64,000 nucleotides of DNA from Coriobacteriia bacterium. GTDB lineage: Bacteria > Actinomycetota > Coriobacteriia > Anaerosomatales > SLCP01. A model generated the notes under the pieces. That model worked only from the letters and a program-made list of their open reading frames with translations. It did not search any database and was not told the origin of the DNA. Both the position numbers and the translations under genes were made by a program. Positions 39,578 to 49,215 of the stretch are shown here, piece after piece; position 1 is the first letter of the stretch, and every line of letters starts with the position of its first letter. The stretch covers positions 16,507 to 80,506 of the forward strand of contig SKMN01000004.1 in NCBI GenBank assembly GCA_007121015.1. The letters run 5' to 3'.

Positions 39578-42016
39578 TTAGGACGTCTTCTTCGAGCCCT
39601 TCGTGGACTTCTTCGCTGCCGACGAGGACTTCGCGGCCGACTTTCGCTTCGTGCCGCCCTGCTTCGGTGCGGACTTCTTCGCGGCGCCCTTGGCGCCGCT
39701 CGCGTTCTTTGCCTCGGCGCGCGCGGGACACTGCGGGTCGACGCAGATCTTCCAGGGGCCCTTGCGCGTGTTCACGATGACCTTGGGCGCACCGCACGGC
39801 TCGCACGTCTCCTCAGTCGGCTCGAGGTCGCCGAGCCTCGGCAACGGGTAGGAGACCGGGTGCTCCTTCGAGTCGTAATTCACACAGCGGATGAACCGGC
39901 TGCCGGTGGCCGAGTAGTTCACCTTGAGGTCCGCCCCATCGACGGGACACTTGCCCACCACGATCTCCGGTCCCTTCTTGGTGGGACAGTCCGGGCGCAG
40001 GCACAGGTTCCACGGCTGCTTGCGGAATTGCATCACGCGTACCTGCGTGAAGTCGCACACCGAACACGGCTCGTCGAGCGCCGCGTACCGGGCGTTCTTG
40101 GGCAGCGGGTAGGTGACGTCGCACTCCGGATACCCCGCGCACCCCACGAAGTACCCCCGGCTCTTGGGAGAGTACTTGATGAGCAGGTCGTCGCCGGACT
40201 TCTCGCACGCCCCTACCTTCGCGTCCTCGTCGGCGGCGTCTTTGAGTTTCTCGCCCACCTCCGGCACCTGGCCGAGGAGGACCTCCATGACCTCGGCGAG
40301 CAACTCGCGGGAGTGAGTGACGACATCCGTGCGGTTCGCCTCTGCGCGCGCGATCTGGTCCATCTCGGCGTCGAGCTCTGCGGTCATGTCCGGGGTCGTG
40401 ATGCGCTCCGCGTGCGCCTCGAGCGCGCTGACGACGGTGATGCCCTTGCATGTGGGCGCGATCGGGTCGCCGGTAACGTACTTGCGGTCGTAGAGGGTCT
40501 GGATGATGTCGTGGCGCGTGGCCTTGGTGCCCAGCCCGAGCTTCTCCATCTCCTGGATCATCTTGCCCTGCGAGTAGCGCGCGGGGGGCTGGGTCTGCTT
40601 GGCCTCCATCGCCGCGCCGAGGAACGCGGGAGTGTCTCCCTCGGCCAGCGCGGGGAGGTGCTCCTCCTTCTTCATGCCGTACGGGTAGACGGTGCGGAAG
40701 CCCGCAGCGATCACCACGTCGCCGCGCGCGACGAACCGCTCGCCCGCCACGTCGATCTCGACCTTCGTGCTCTCGAGGACCGCGGGTTCGGAGAGGGTCG
40801 CCATGAAGCGGCGCGCGACGAGGTTGTAGAGCTTGAACTCCTCGGGCTTGAGTTTCTCGGGATCGGCGGCGCCGGTGGGATGGATCGGCGGGTGGTCGGT
40901 CGTCTCCTTGGCCCCGCGCGTGGGCGTGAGGGAGCCCTTCTTGAGCAGCGCCTGCACGTGCTCGTGGTAGTGCGGCACCGCGTCGAGCGTCTTGAGGAGC
41001 GCGCGCAGGTCGAGGCTCGGCGGGTAGACGGTGTTGTCGACGCGCGGGTAGGAGATCAGACCGCTCATGTAGAGGGACTCGGCGATACGCATCGCGCGGG
41101 CTGGCGTGAGTCCCTCGGCGGCCGCGGCCGCCTGCAGGGCGGTCGTGTTGAACGGCGTGGGCGGCTTGACGGTACGGCGGGTCTTGGTGGCCGCGGTCAC
41201 GGTGCCCGTCGCAGCCCCTTCGGCCGCGTCCATGGCCTGCTTGGCCCCGCCCTCGGAGGTGAAGCGCTCGGTGGCATGCGACGCGCCGAACTCCGTGCCC
41301 GCCGACTCGAACCTCGCTTTGACGGTCCAGTAGTCCTCGGGCACGAACGCGTCGCGCTCGCGCTCGCGGTCGACGACGAGCTTCAGGGTGGGCGTCTGGA
41401 CGCGCCCCGCCGAGAGCACGTCGCCCCACGCGCGCTTCGCGGCCGCGGTCGAGGCCAATGTGAGGTAGCGCGTGAGTACCGCACCCCACACGAGGTCGAT
41501 GTCTTGACGGGTCGCGCCGGCGTCGGCGAGGTCCTCGGAGAGTTCGCCCTGCTCGGCGAAGGCCCGCTCGATCTCGTCATTGGTGATTGCCGAGAAGCGC
41601 ACGCGCGAGACGGGCACGTCCGGGTGGACCGAGCGCACGACATCGCGCGCATCGGCGCCGATGAGCTCACCCTCGCGGTCGTAGTCGGTCGCGATGATGA
41701 CGGCGTCCGCCTTCTTCGCGAGGTTCTTGATCGACTGGATGATGCCCTTCTCGGCGCCCTCCTTGAGCACCGGCGCGTTGACGAGCGCGGGCAACGAATC
41801 GAGCTTCCACTTCTTGAGATCGGTCCCGTCGAGTTCGAGCGGGAAATCGACCTTCATGATGTGTCCTTTGAGCCCGATGCTCACCCAGTCCTCGCCATCA
41901 CGGCGGAACCGGTAGACCGGCGTGGAGTAGACCTTGTCGGTCGTAGGCTTACCGACCGCCAGTATCTCGGCGATGCGGCGCGCGGCGATGTTCTTCTCGG
42001 AGACGACCAGTATCAT
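39578..42016 (-). CDS. topA: type IA DNA topoisomerase I, archaeal-type
   Basis: SEKNIAARRIA, GHI, ATDYDREGE, SAGRVQTPTL and ISYPR motifs; C-terminal Zn ribbons and Lys-rich tail. Confidence 0.93.
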   Translation of the reverse strand: MILVVSEKNIAARRIAEILAVGKPTTDKVYSTPVYRFRRDGEDWVSIGLKGHIMKVDFPLELDGTDLKKWKLDSLPALVNAPVLKEGAEKGIIQSIKNLAKKADAVIIATDYDREGELIGADARDVVRSVHPDVPVSRVRFSAITNDEIERAFAEQGELSEDLADAGATRQDIDLVWGAVLTRYLTLASTAAAKRAWGDVLSAGRVQTPTLKLVVDRERERDAFVPEDYWTVKARFESAGTEFGASHATERFTSEGGAKQAMDAAEGAATGTVTAATKTRRTVKPPTPFNTTALQAAAAAEGLTPARAMRIAESLYMSGLISYPRVDNTVYPPSLDLRALLKTLDAVPHYHEHVQALLKKGSLTPTRGAKETTDHPPIHPTGAADPEKLKPEEFKLYNLVARRFMATLSEPAVLESTKVEIDVAGERFVARGDVVIAAGFRTVYPYGMKKEEHLPALAEGDTPAFLGAAMEAKQTQPPARYSQGKMIQEMEKLGLGTKATRHDIIQTLYDRKYVTGDPIAPTCKGITVVSALEAHAERITTPDMTAELDAEMDQIARAEANRTDVVTHSRELLAEVMEVLLGQVPEVGEKLKDAADEDAKVGACEKSGDDLLIKYSPKSRGYFVGCAGYPECDVTYPLPKNARYAALDEPCSVCDFTQVRVMQFRKQPWNLCLRPDCPTKKGPEIVVGKCPVDGADLKVNYSATGSRFIRCVNYDSKEHPVSYPLPRLGDLEPTEETCEPCGAPKVIVNTRKGPWKICVDPQCPARAEAKNASGAKGAAKKSAPKQGGTKRKSAAKSSSAAKKSTKGSKKTS

Positions 42017-42156
42017 GCGGGTCCCGTCGACGGGTGCGAGCAAGTCCCTGCGAGTATATACTGCGCGTCAACCCGTCTCCGACCCACGCCTTACCGCGAC
42101 AGGCGGCCGGACGAGGATCGCGGTCGCCTTCCGGCGGCGCGTGAACGCGAGGACGG

Positions 42157-42708
42157 CTACAGCCCGAGTTCGTCGGCGCGCTCCTGCATGGCGGCGAGCG
42201 CCACGCCGAGGAACTCCTCCCGATCGAGGCCGATCGCCTCGCACGTACCCATCTGATCCCGACACGCGCCCCGCGCGAACGCCTTCTCCTTCCAGCGCTT
42301 CTTGAGCGAACGCACCTCGACGCCGGCGAGCGACTTGTCGGGGCGAACGAGCGCGGCTGCCACGATGAAGCCGGTGAGCGGGTCGGCTGCATAGAGAGCG
42401 CGATCCATCTCGGTCTCGCACGGGACGTGCCCGGCGTGCGCGAGAACGGCATGCACGATCTCCTCGTCGACGAGGTCCTCGAGTTCCTCGGCGGCTATGC
42501 GCGCATGCCGCTCGGGATCCTCGGCGGTCTCGGCGTAGTCAAGATCGTGCAGGAGGCCAGCCAGCCCCCACCTCGCGACGTCTTCCTCAGACTTGCCGAG
42601 GTGACGCGCGAGCGCCTCCATGATCACCTCTGCGGCGACGCAGTGGTTGACGAGGTTCGCGTTGGGGATGCGCTCGCGGACGAGCGCAAGGGCGGCGTCA
42701 CGTTTCAT
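42157..42708 (-). CDS. HD/HDIG domain metal-dependent hydrolase
   Basis: GLLHDLDY, ADPLTGFIVAAALVRP and KAFARG motifs. Confidence 0.9.
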   Translation of the reverse strand: MKRDAALALVRERIPNANLVNHCVAAEVIMEALARHLGKSEEDVARWGLAGLLHDLDYAETAEDPERHARIAAEELEDLVDEEIVHAVLAHAGHVPCETEMDRALYAADPLTGFIVAAALVRPDKSLAGVEVRSLKKRWKEKAFARGACRDQMGTCEAIGLDREEFLGVALAAMQERADELGL

Positions 42709-43402
42709 CGGTACCCTCCTGTCCCACGAGCCCGGCCGGTCCCGACCCGGCGCGCACCGCTTCGATCCGCTCGGCGAGCCATGCCGTCCACGCGTCGACA
42801 CCCTCGCCGGTGGTAGCCGAGAGCGGGAATACCGGTGCGACAGCGTTGAGGCGGGAGACCACCTCGCGGAACTCGGCCTCGTCGAAATCGAACACGGACA
42901 GCGTGTCGTACTTGTTCAAGATGACCGCCTCGGCGCGCGCGAAGATGTTGGGATACTTGTACGGCTTGTCGTGGCCCTCGGGCACCGAAAGGATCATGAC
43001 CTTGGCATGCTCGCCTAAGTCGAAGTCGGTGGGACACACGAGGTTGCCGACGTTCTCGATGATGAGGAGATCGATCTCGTCGAGATCGAGAGTGTCGACG
43101 GCGCGGCGTATCATGTCGCTCTCGAGGTGACAGGCTCCGCCGGTGTTGATCTGCACGGCCGGCACGCCGTGCGCTTTGATCTTCTCGGCATCGACGCTGC
43201 TCGCGATGTCGCCCTCGATGACCGCGATGCGATAGCGGTCGCGAAGCGCATCGATCGTCGCGAGGATCATCGAGGTCTTGCCGGCGCCGGGCGACGCGAG
43301 CAGGTCGAGCACGAACACGCCCGCCTCAGCGAAGCGCTGGCGGTTCTCGGCGGCGAGACGCTCGTTGCGCGCGAGGATGGGAGCGGACACGTCGACCCTC
43401 AC
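42698..43402 (-). CDS. hypB: hydrogenase nickel incorporation GTPase
   Basis: SPGAGKT, TGGACHL, ENVGNLVCP, EGHDKPYKYP and NKYD motifs. Confidence 0.96.
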   Translation of the reverse strand: MRVDVSAPILARNERLAAENRQRFAEAGVFVLDLLASPGAGKTSMILATIDALRDRYRIAVIEGDIASSVDAEKIKAHGVPAVQINTGGACHLESDMIRRAVDTLDLDEIDLLIIENVGNLVCPTDFDLGEHAKVMILSVPEGHDKPYKYPNIFARAEAVILNKYDTLSVFDFDEAEFREVVSRLNAVAPVFPLSATTGEGVDAWTAWLAERIEAVRAGSGPAGLVGQEGTDET

Positions 43403-43770
43403 GATGTCCCCTCCTCCCGGTCACCGGGTAGGTCGATATCGATGCTCTCGATCTCGAGCTCTCTGCCGGAGACCGCTTCGCAGAACACGTTGCCGCACTG
43501 CGGGCACGCGACGTCGAAACGGCCGTGAGAGAACTCGACCCGGCACTCGACGCAGCGTGATGTGGCGGCGACGTTCTCGACTACGAGGTGGCCGCCCTCG
43601 GCCAGCGTGCCGGGGCTGAGCGCCTCGAACGCGAACCTGAGCGCGTCCTCCATCACCTCGGAGAGCTCGCCGACGCGCACGCGGATCTCGTTGATGCGTG
43701 TCGCACCCTCGCGCCGGGCGGTGGCCGTACACGCCTCGAGGACACCGCTCATGATGCCCATCTCGTGCAC
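43399..43770 (-). CDS. hypA: hydrogenase maturation nickel metallochaperone
   Basis: MHE start, CVEC, CPQC and GREL motifs. Confidence 0.95.
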   Translation of the reverse strand: MHEMGIMSGVLEACTATARREGATRINEIRVRVGELSEVMEDALRFAFEALSPGTLAEGGHLVVENVAATSRCVECRVEFSHGRFDVACPQCGNVFCEAVSGRELEIESIDIDLPGDREEGTS

Positions 43771-43775
43771 GGCTG

Positions 43776-44531
43776 TTACACGTCTTCGAGGGCTTTGCGC
43801 CGCTCGATGCGTTTGACGAGGACGACCCGGGCGAGCGCCATGCTGATCTCGTAGAGTGCCACGAGCGCCGCGAACAGCGCGAGCATCGTCACGGGAGACC
43901 AGTCAGGCGTCGCGCTCGCCGAGACGACGATGAGCACGGTGTAGACCACGCGCCAGTTCTCACGCAGCTTCTTATAGGGCACGATGTTGAAGATCATCAG
44001 GTAGAAGACGACGACGGGCAGCTGGAACGCGACGCCGAAGCCGAGCAACAGCAACACCGCGCCCTGGAAGTAGGTGCTCGCCTCGGGCATCTGCGTGACG
44101 CCCTGCCAGGCTTGGCCGATGATCCACTCGAACGCCGTACCGAGAATGATCTGGTGTGCGAAGATCACGCCACCCATGAACAGCACGACCATCGCCGCGA
44201 ACGTGGGCATCAGCCACCTGCGCTCGTTGGGCTTGAGGGCGGGCAGGAAGAACGCCATGATCTGCCAGATGATGATGGGGCTGCCCACGACGAGCGTCGC
44301 GTAGAGCGCCACCTTGAAGCGCAGCGTGAACGTCTCGAACGGATTGAGCAGGATGAGCTCTTGGTCGCCGAAGATATGCATGATCGGCGACATGGCGAGG
44401 TTGTAGAAGAACGGAGCCGGGAAATACATCGCGATCGAGCCGGCGAACACGACGATGGCGATGACGATGAGTCGGTACCTCAGCTCACGCAGGTGCTCCA
44501 TTATGGGAAGGCGTTTGGGGTCGACAGGCAT
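43776..44531 (-). CDS. tatC: twin-arginine translocase subunit C
   Basis: EHLRELR, F.LPAL..E, FQLP, TPD and LYE motifs. Confidence 0.95.
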   Translation of the reverse strand: MPVDPKRLPIMEHLRELRYRLIVIAIVVFAGSIAMYFPAPFFYNLAMSPIMHIFGDQELILLNPFETFTLRFKVALYATLVVGSPIIIWQIMAFFLPALKPNERRWLMPTFAAMVVLFMGGVIFAHQIILGTAFEWIIGQAWQGVTQMPEASTYFQGAVLLLLGFGVAFQLPVVVFYLMIFNIVPYKKLRENWRVVYTVLIVVSASATPDWSPVTMLALFAALVALYEISMALARVVLVKRIERRKALEDV

Positions 44532-44548
44532 AGGTGGCAGCGAGGCGC

Positions 44549-44998
44549 CTAGAGCGCCTCTTCCTCCCCTTTCCGCTCATCAGATGACTCGTCATCGGGC
44601 GTATCGTTCCCTACCTGCACGGGAGCGTCAGGCGAAACTGAGGCGCCCGGGGTCCATCCACCGGCTTCCTCGGGGGTGGAGGGCTCCACATCGTCGGCTT
44701 CGTCGTCCTCGTGTGCGGCACCCTCGGCCGTGTCCCCATCGCCACCCTCGGCGCCACCCTCGACGCCGCTATCGGCAACGCCCTCATCGGCTTCCTTGGC
44801 CGGGACATCGGTCTTCTGCTGCTTCTCGGCCGCCGCCACCTCGGCCTTGATGAGTGACTCCATGGTCTGCTGAGCGCGCTTGAATTCGCGCATCATCTGG
44901 CCGACGGTGCGACCGACGGCCGGCAATTTGTCCGGACCGAAGATGAGAAGAACGAACACGATGATTATGAAGAGTTCAGTTCCGCTGATTCCGAACAC
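44549..44998 (-). CDS. TatA/TatB family translocase subunit
   Basis: MFGISGTELFIII...FGPDKLP; long acidic tail. Confidence 0.9.
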   Translation of the reverse strand: MFGISGTELFIIIVFVLLIFGPDKLPAVGRTVGQMMREFKRAQQTMESLIKAEVAAAEKQQKTDVPAKEADEGVADSGVEGGAEGGDGDTAEGAAHEDDEADDVEPSTPEEAGGWTPGASVSPDAPVQVGNDTPDDESSDERKGEEEAL

Positions 44999-45043
44999 AG
45001 ATACTCGCTCCCGGTATGGTCGACCGTGAAGAACGTGCGGTGG

Positions 45044-45379
45044 TTAGAACTGCCTGGCCTCGGCGGGGTCGGCGAAGATGGGGAAGACCTTGTCGAGCCC
45101 GGTGATGCGGAACACCTTGAGGATGCTGTCCCGCGTGCAGACGAGACGGATCGACCCGCCCTTCTCCTTCGCGCGACGCAGGCCGCCCACGAGCACACCA
45201 AGTCCAGAACTGTCGATGAACCCGACGCCCTCGAGGTCGACGAGCACGTATGTGCAGCCCGATTCCAACTGCTGCACCAGTGCTTCCTTGAGGCGAGGCG
45301 CGGTGTAGACATCGACCTCACCTTCGAGGCTGAGTACGCATATGCCGTCGGAGCGTTCGCTTCGAATGTCGAGTTCCAT
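45044..45379 (-). CDS. STAS anti-sigma factor antagonist (BldG/RsbV-like)
   Basis: GEVDVYTAP, FIDSSGLGVLVGGL and FRITGL motifs. Confidence 0.92.
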   Translation of the reverse strand: MELDIRSERSDGICVLSLEGEVDVYTAPRLKEALVQQLESGCTYVLVDLEGVGFIDSSGLGVLVGGLRRAKEKGGSIRLVCTRDSILKVFRITGLDKVFPIFADPAEARQF

Positions 45380-45526
45380 GCTCTGGATGCACTCCTCTTG
45401 TGGTGTGGTCACGTCGGTCGATTATAGCGCGGGGCTGTCACCGAAACCACTAGGCGGTAGTATAGCGGGTACACGGAGCGCAATCCGGGTACCATTGGAG
45501 TGTGCGACGACTATGAAAGGAAAGCG

Positions 45527-45880
45527 ATGTCTCTGACGATCGACCTGGAGCAGCAGCCTGACCACTGGGTTCTACGTCTCGCTGGCGACCTCGATTATGG
45601 CGAATGCGCCTCGTTCCGAATGCACATCGACAGAGTCCTGAAGTCGTCACCGCCCGCGACGATCGTTGATCTGTCCGATCTCGAGTATCTCGATAGCTCG
45701 GGACTCGGTCTGCTCCTCAGTCTCTCCAAGGAATACGGGGCTGCCGGTGGTCGACTCGTCCTCGTCACCAACGAGACCGTTGACAACATCCTGTCGCTCA
45801 CGCGGCTCAACGGCATCTTCTCCACGGCTGGATCGATGGAGGAGGCTCTCGCCACCATCGGCGACGGACCGACCGCATAG
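45527..45880 (+). CDS. STAS anti-sigma factor antagonist
   Basis: LAGDLD and YLDSSGLGLL motifs; AAAGGAAAG RBS. Confidence 0.9.
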   Translation: MSLTIDLEQQPDHWVLRLAGDLDYGECASFRMHIDRVLKSSPPATIVDLSDLEYLDSSGLGLLLSLSKEYGAAGGRLVLVTNETVDNILSLTRLNGIFSTAGSMEEALATIGDGPTA

Positions 45881-45890
45881 AAACGACGAA

Positions 45891-45910
45891 GCGGCGCCCA
45901 AGGGCGCCGC
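45891..45910. terminator. hairpin between convergent genes
   Basis: GCGGCGCCC-AA-GGGCGCCGC. Confidence 0.6.
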
Positions 45911-45949
45911 TCGGTCAGGGTCCACGAACGATCGTTCAGCCGACACCCC

Positions 45950-46609
45950 CTACGGAGTCGGGGTCTCCTCGGCCGAGGCTCCCTGCGTCCTCAGATTCTC
46001 AGCCCACGTGCGCGCGGTCGCCGCGGTCTCGGATTCAGGTGCGAGTTCGATGTGCTGCTCGAACGCGGCCAGGGCCGCATCCGGTTGCCCTTCAGCCCGG
46101 TAGAAGATGCCCGCGTTGTAGTACGCCGGCGCGAACTCCGGCGATCCCTCGATCACGGCCTCTATCGTCTCGATGGCCTGTGCGCGCTGTTCGGAGTAGA
46201 AGTACGCGACGGCCAGGTCGGTCGCCACGTTCGGATCGCCCGGCTCGACGTCGAGCGCCCGCTCGTAGTGCGCCACTGCCGCGTTCCACATCGGCAGGTC
46301 GAATCCGATGCCGGCCTGTCCGAGTTCGTTGCGGACCTGCAGCGCCCAGTCGAAGTACGCGTCCGCTGTCGCCACCAGGACCGTGTAGCTCGTCGGCTCA
46401 CTCTGTAGCATCACGTGGTACGAATTGACCGTCGGCGCATAGTTCTGGGCGACCCTCTCCAGTACTGCACCGGTCTCCGTGGCCTCGGGAGCCTGGGGCT
46501 GGCCGCCGCCCATGAAGAACACCGGGACCGCGGTCACGATGAACGCAAGGATGACGAAGATGATCGTCGCCTTGACCCAGAGCGCTGACTGTCTCTTGTT
46601 GATGGCCAC
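45950..46609 (-). CDS. membrane-anchored tetratricopeptide repeat protein
   Basis: N-terminal TM; YERALDVEP..VATDLAVAY and AYYNAG TPR patterns. Confidence 0.85.
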   Translation of the reverse strand: MAINKRQSALWVKATIIFVILAFIVTAVPVFFMGGGQPQAPEATETGAVLERVAQNYAPTVNSYHVMLQSEPTSYTVLVATADAYFDWALQVRNELGQAGIGFDLPMWNAAVAHYERALDVEPGDPNVATDLAVAYFYSEQRAQAIETIEAVIEGSPEFAPAYYNAGIFYRAEGQPDAALAAFEQHIELAPESETAATARTWAENLRTQGASAEETPTP

Positions 46610-46695
46610 TGTGAATCTACCTTCCGTTCCAGGACACGAACGACGGGTCCCGACCCGCACTCACGGATCGGGACCCTCGTCACTTCGTCGTACCG

Positions 46696-47145
46696 TTACT
46701 GCGCGTCGTCTTCAGCCGGAGCCTCTTCGACCTCGACATCGCCGTCATCAGGCTCATCGATCTCGCCAGGCATGCCAGGGGGCATGTCGCCTTCGCCGCC
46801 GTCCATGCCGCCGATGTCGGGATGCCCGGGAGGCATGCCGCCCTCGAGCTGCTCCGGAGAGAGCGGGGCTGCGCTCTGGCCCGGAGGAGGAGCGGGGACG
46901 GTCGCGGGAGATGTCGTCTGGGTCCCGCCGGTCGGGATCAACAGGCCGATCACCACGCCGAGCAGTAGGGCCACCACGCCGATAAGGCCGGCGACCGTCA
47001 TGGTCACGCTCTGCTGGCCGACAGGCGCCGCCGCAGCCGCCGCCGGACGCGGTCGCTTGACCGGGGTCTTGCTCTGAGCGCTAGCGGGTGCCTTCGGGTC
47101 ACCTGCAGTCTCGTCGTCGTCGAAGAAGAAGTCCTGATCGCTCAC
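46696..47145 (-). CDS. hypothetical single-TM protein with MPPGHP motif
   Basis: GGAGG RBS; TM segment; Pro/Gly/acidic C-terminus. Confidence 0.7.
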   Translation of the reverse strand: MSDQDFFFDDDETAGDPKAPASAQSKTPVKRPRPAAAAAAPVGQQSVTMTVAGLIGVVALLLGVVIGLLIPTGGTQTTSPATVPAPPPGQSAAPLSPEQLEGGMPPGHPDIGGMDGGEGDMPPGMPGEIDEPDDGDVEVEEAPAEDDAQ

Positions 47146-47355
47146 GTTCGTTTCCTCCTACTCTGCGGGATATCCCCGCATACCACCGTTCGAGCCGCCC
47201 TTGCAGCTGGAACACCGCGCGATTATATCACGGGCCCACCGATGACGCCTTTGTCGTGCACGATGAAGCAAGTACTCGGCCAGAGACACTCCTCCGGCTC
47301 ACAACACGATAACCACACAATCGCCGGCGAGGACGTGTCCGCACGCGTCTATCGG

Positions 47356-47781
47356 TCACCGGCGACGAGTATGTATCGAACGTACCTCCGGATACTCGTC
47401 CGCACCCGCGAGGCGCTCGGACACGCGGGAAAGGAAACCCAGCGCGGCCGCCCCGGCTCCGATCCCCACGATAGCTCCTAAGACGTCGGGGGCGACTCCG
47501 AGCCAGATTCCGGCGACGTGCCCAGCCCCGTACCCGGCAGCCAGGCACGCCACCGGGAAGACGTACACCCAGCGTCTGGCCCGTCCGGTCGCACGGGTGG
47601 GCGTCTCGACCTCGACTGTGTCGCCCACGCGTGCGCCCAGCCGGTCCACCGCGCCCTCGAGCAACCGGGTGCCCGCGGCGCCTTCGGCGCACGCGCCGCA
47701 CGTTTCGCACTCGGGACGAGCGACGATCGCAACGTCGACGGTCCCGTCATGGACCGCTACCACCGTGCCTCGCTCGTGCAT
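47356..47781 (-). CDS. RseC/MucC (SoxR-reducing system) family protein
   Basis: E.GTVV, CETCGAC, GARVGDTV and Y.FP motifs plus two TM segments. Confidence 0.85.
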   Translation of the reverse strand: MHERGTVVAVHDGTVDVAIVARPECETCGACAEGAAGTRLLEGAVDRLGARVGDTVEVETPTRATGRARRWVYVFPVACLAAGYGAGHVAGIWLGVAPDVLGAIVGIGAGAAALGFLSRVSERLAGADEYPEVRSIHTRRR

Positions 47782-47784
47782 GGC

Positions 47785-49134
47785 TCACGACCTCAGCGTG
47801 TCGCGTAGCTCCTCGGCCCGCGCCCGGATGCGGTCGTGATCGAGGAGCGTCCACTCGTCCTTCTCGTAGAGCGCCTGTCCCGCGACCATCGTGAACACGA
47901 TGTTCTCCTGGTTGGCGGTGTGAACGAGTGTCGAGTACGGGTAGAGGGTCGGGATCTGGTGACTGTGCGATATGTCGACGGCGATGATGTCGGCCTGCTT
48001 GCCGGGCTCGAGCGATCCCACCTTGTCGTCGACGCCGAGGGCCCGAGCGGCGTCGAGCGTCGCAAGCTTCACGAACTGCCGGGCGATGAGGTAGGGCTCG
48101 AAGCCCATGACCGCACGCTGGATGAGAAGCCCGATGCGCATCTCGTCGAACATGTCGAGCGTGTTGTTCGAGGCCGGAGAGTCCGTGCCGAGACCGACCT
48201 CGATCCCGCGCTCGAGGAACTTCCCAAGGGGCGCCATCCCCATCGCCAGCTTCGCGTTGCAGCGCGGACAGTACGCCACCGACACGTCGTTGGCGGCAAG
48301 GGTCTCGATGTCCGCGTCATCGACCTGGGTGCAGTGCACGGCGACGAGACCGGGTATCTCGAAGAGCCCCCATTGCTCCACATAGCGCACCGGGCTCACG
48401 CCGGTCGGCAGCCATCCCAGGTCGGCGCCACTGTACGTCTCCCGGTAGTCGACGGCGAGGCGCGAACTGCCGTACTTCACGAAATCGTACTCGTCCTTGG
48501 ACCCGGCGAGATGGATGGAGGCCGGGAGGTCGTCACGGGTCGCGACCTCGGTCACCGCCTCGTACACGGCCGGATGGCAGCTGTACGTGGAATGCGGCGC
48601 GATACCGATGGTGAGGCGCTGAGGATCACCGTACTCGCGCCACTCGGCGATGTCCTCCTCGGCAGCCGCCATGACCTCACCGACGTGCGCCTTCTCCATC
48701 GTCGCGACCTCGCGGTATACGAGCGCGCGCAATCCCGCCGAGGCTGCCGCGCGAGCCGAAGCCCCGGTGTCGGTGATGTCTGCGATGGTGGTGATGCCGG
48801 ATTCGAGAGCCTCCGCTGCACCGAGCAGTGCCGCATCGTCCCAGTCCGCAGCGGTAAGACGCTGTTCCTTCTCGAGCAGCTGCATCTTCCACTGCGAGTA
48901 GGGCAGATCGTCGACGAGGCCGCGCATCGCCGAGAACTCGAGGTGTGTGTGCATGTCGACGAAGCCCGGCATGAGGCAGGCGAGCCCGAAGTCGCGCACC
49001 TCCTCCTCGGGGTGTGCGGCGATCAGCTTCTCGCGCTCGCCGATCTCGACGATGGTGTCACCCTGGACCAGCACGCCGCCGTCGACGATGTGCGGGGCCG
49101 CGACCGGGAGCACGTAGCGTGCGGCAAGTATCAT
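47785..49134 (-). CDS. amidohydrolase, MTA/SAH deaminase-like
   Basis: PGFVDMHTH, APH, HLA, VHC, LGTDS and GSLEPGKQAD motifs. Confidence 0.88.
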   Translation of the reverse strand: MILAARYVLPVAAPHIVDGGVLVQGDTIVEIGEREKLIAAHPEEEVRDFGLACLMPGFVDMHTHLEFSAMRGLVDDLPYSQWKMQLLEKEQRLTAADWDDAALLGAAEALESGITTIADITDTGASARAAASAGLRALVYREVATMEKAHVGEVMAAAEEDIAEWREYGDPQRLTIGIAPHSTYSCHPAVYEAVTEVATRDDLPASIHLAGSKDEYDFVKYGSSRLAVDYRETYSGADLGWLPTGVSPVRYVEQWGLFEIPGLVAVHCTQVDDADIETLAANDVSVAYCPRCNAKLAMGMAPLGKFLERGIEVGLGTDSPASNNTLDMFDEMRIGLLIQRAVMGFEPYLIARQFVKLATLDAARALGVDDKVGSLEPGKQADIIAVDISHSHQIPTLYPYSTLVHTANQENIVFTMVAGQALYEKDEWTLLDHDRIRARAEELRDTLRS

Positions 49135-49215
49135 CGTGATCCTTCCGTTCTCGGTACTTGCCTATCGTACCGTAGAAGTACGCTACCTGGTGCCTCCTAT
49201 TCACGGCAGTGCGTC

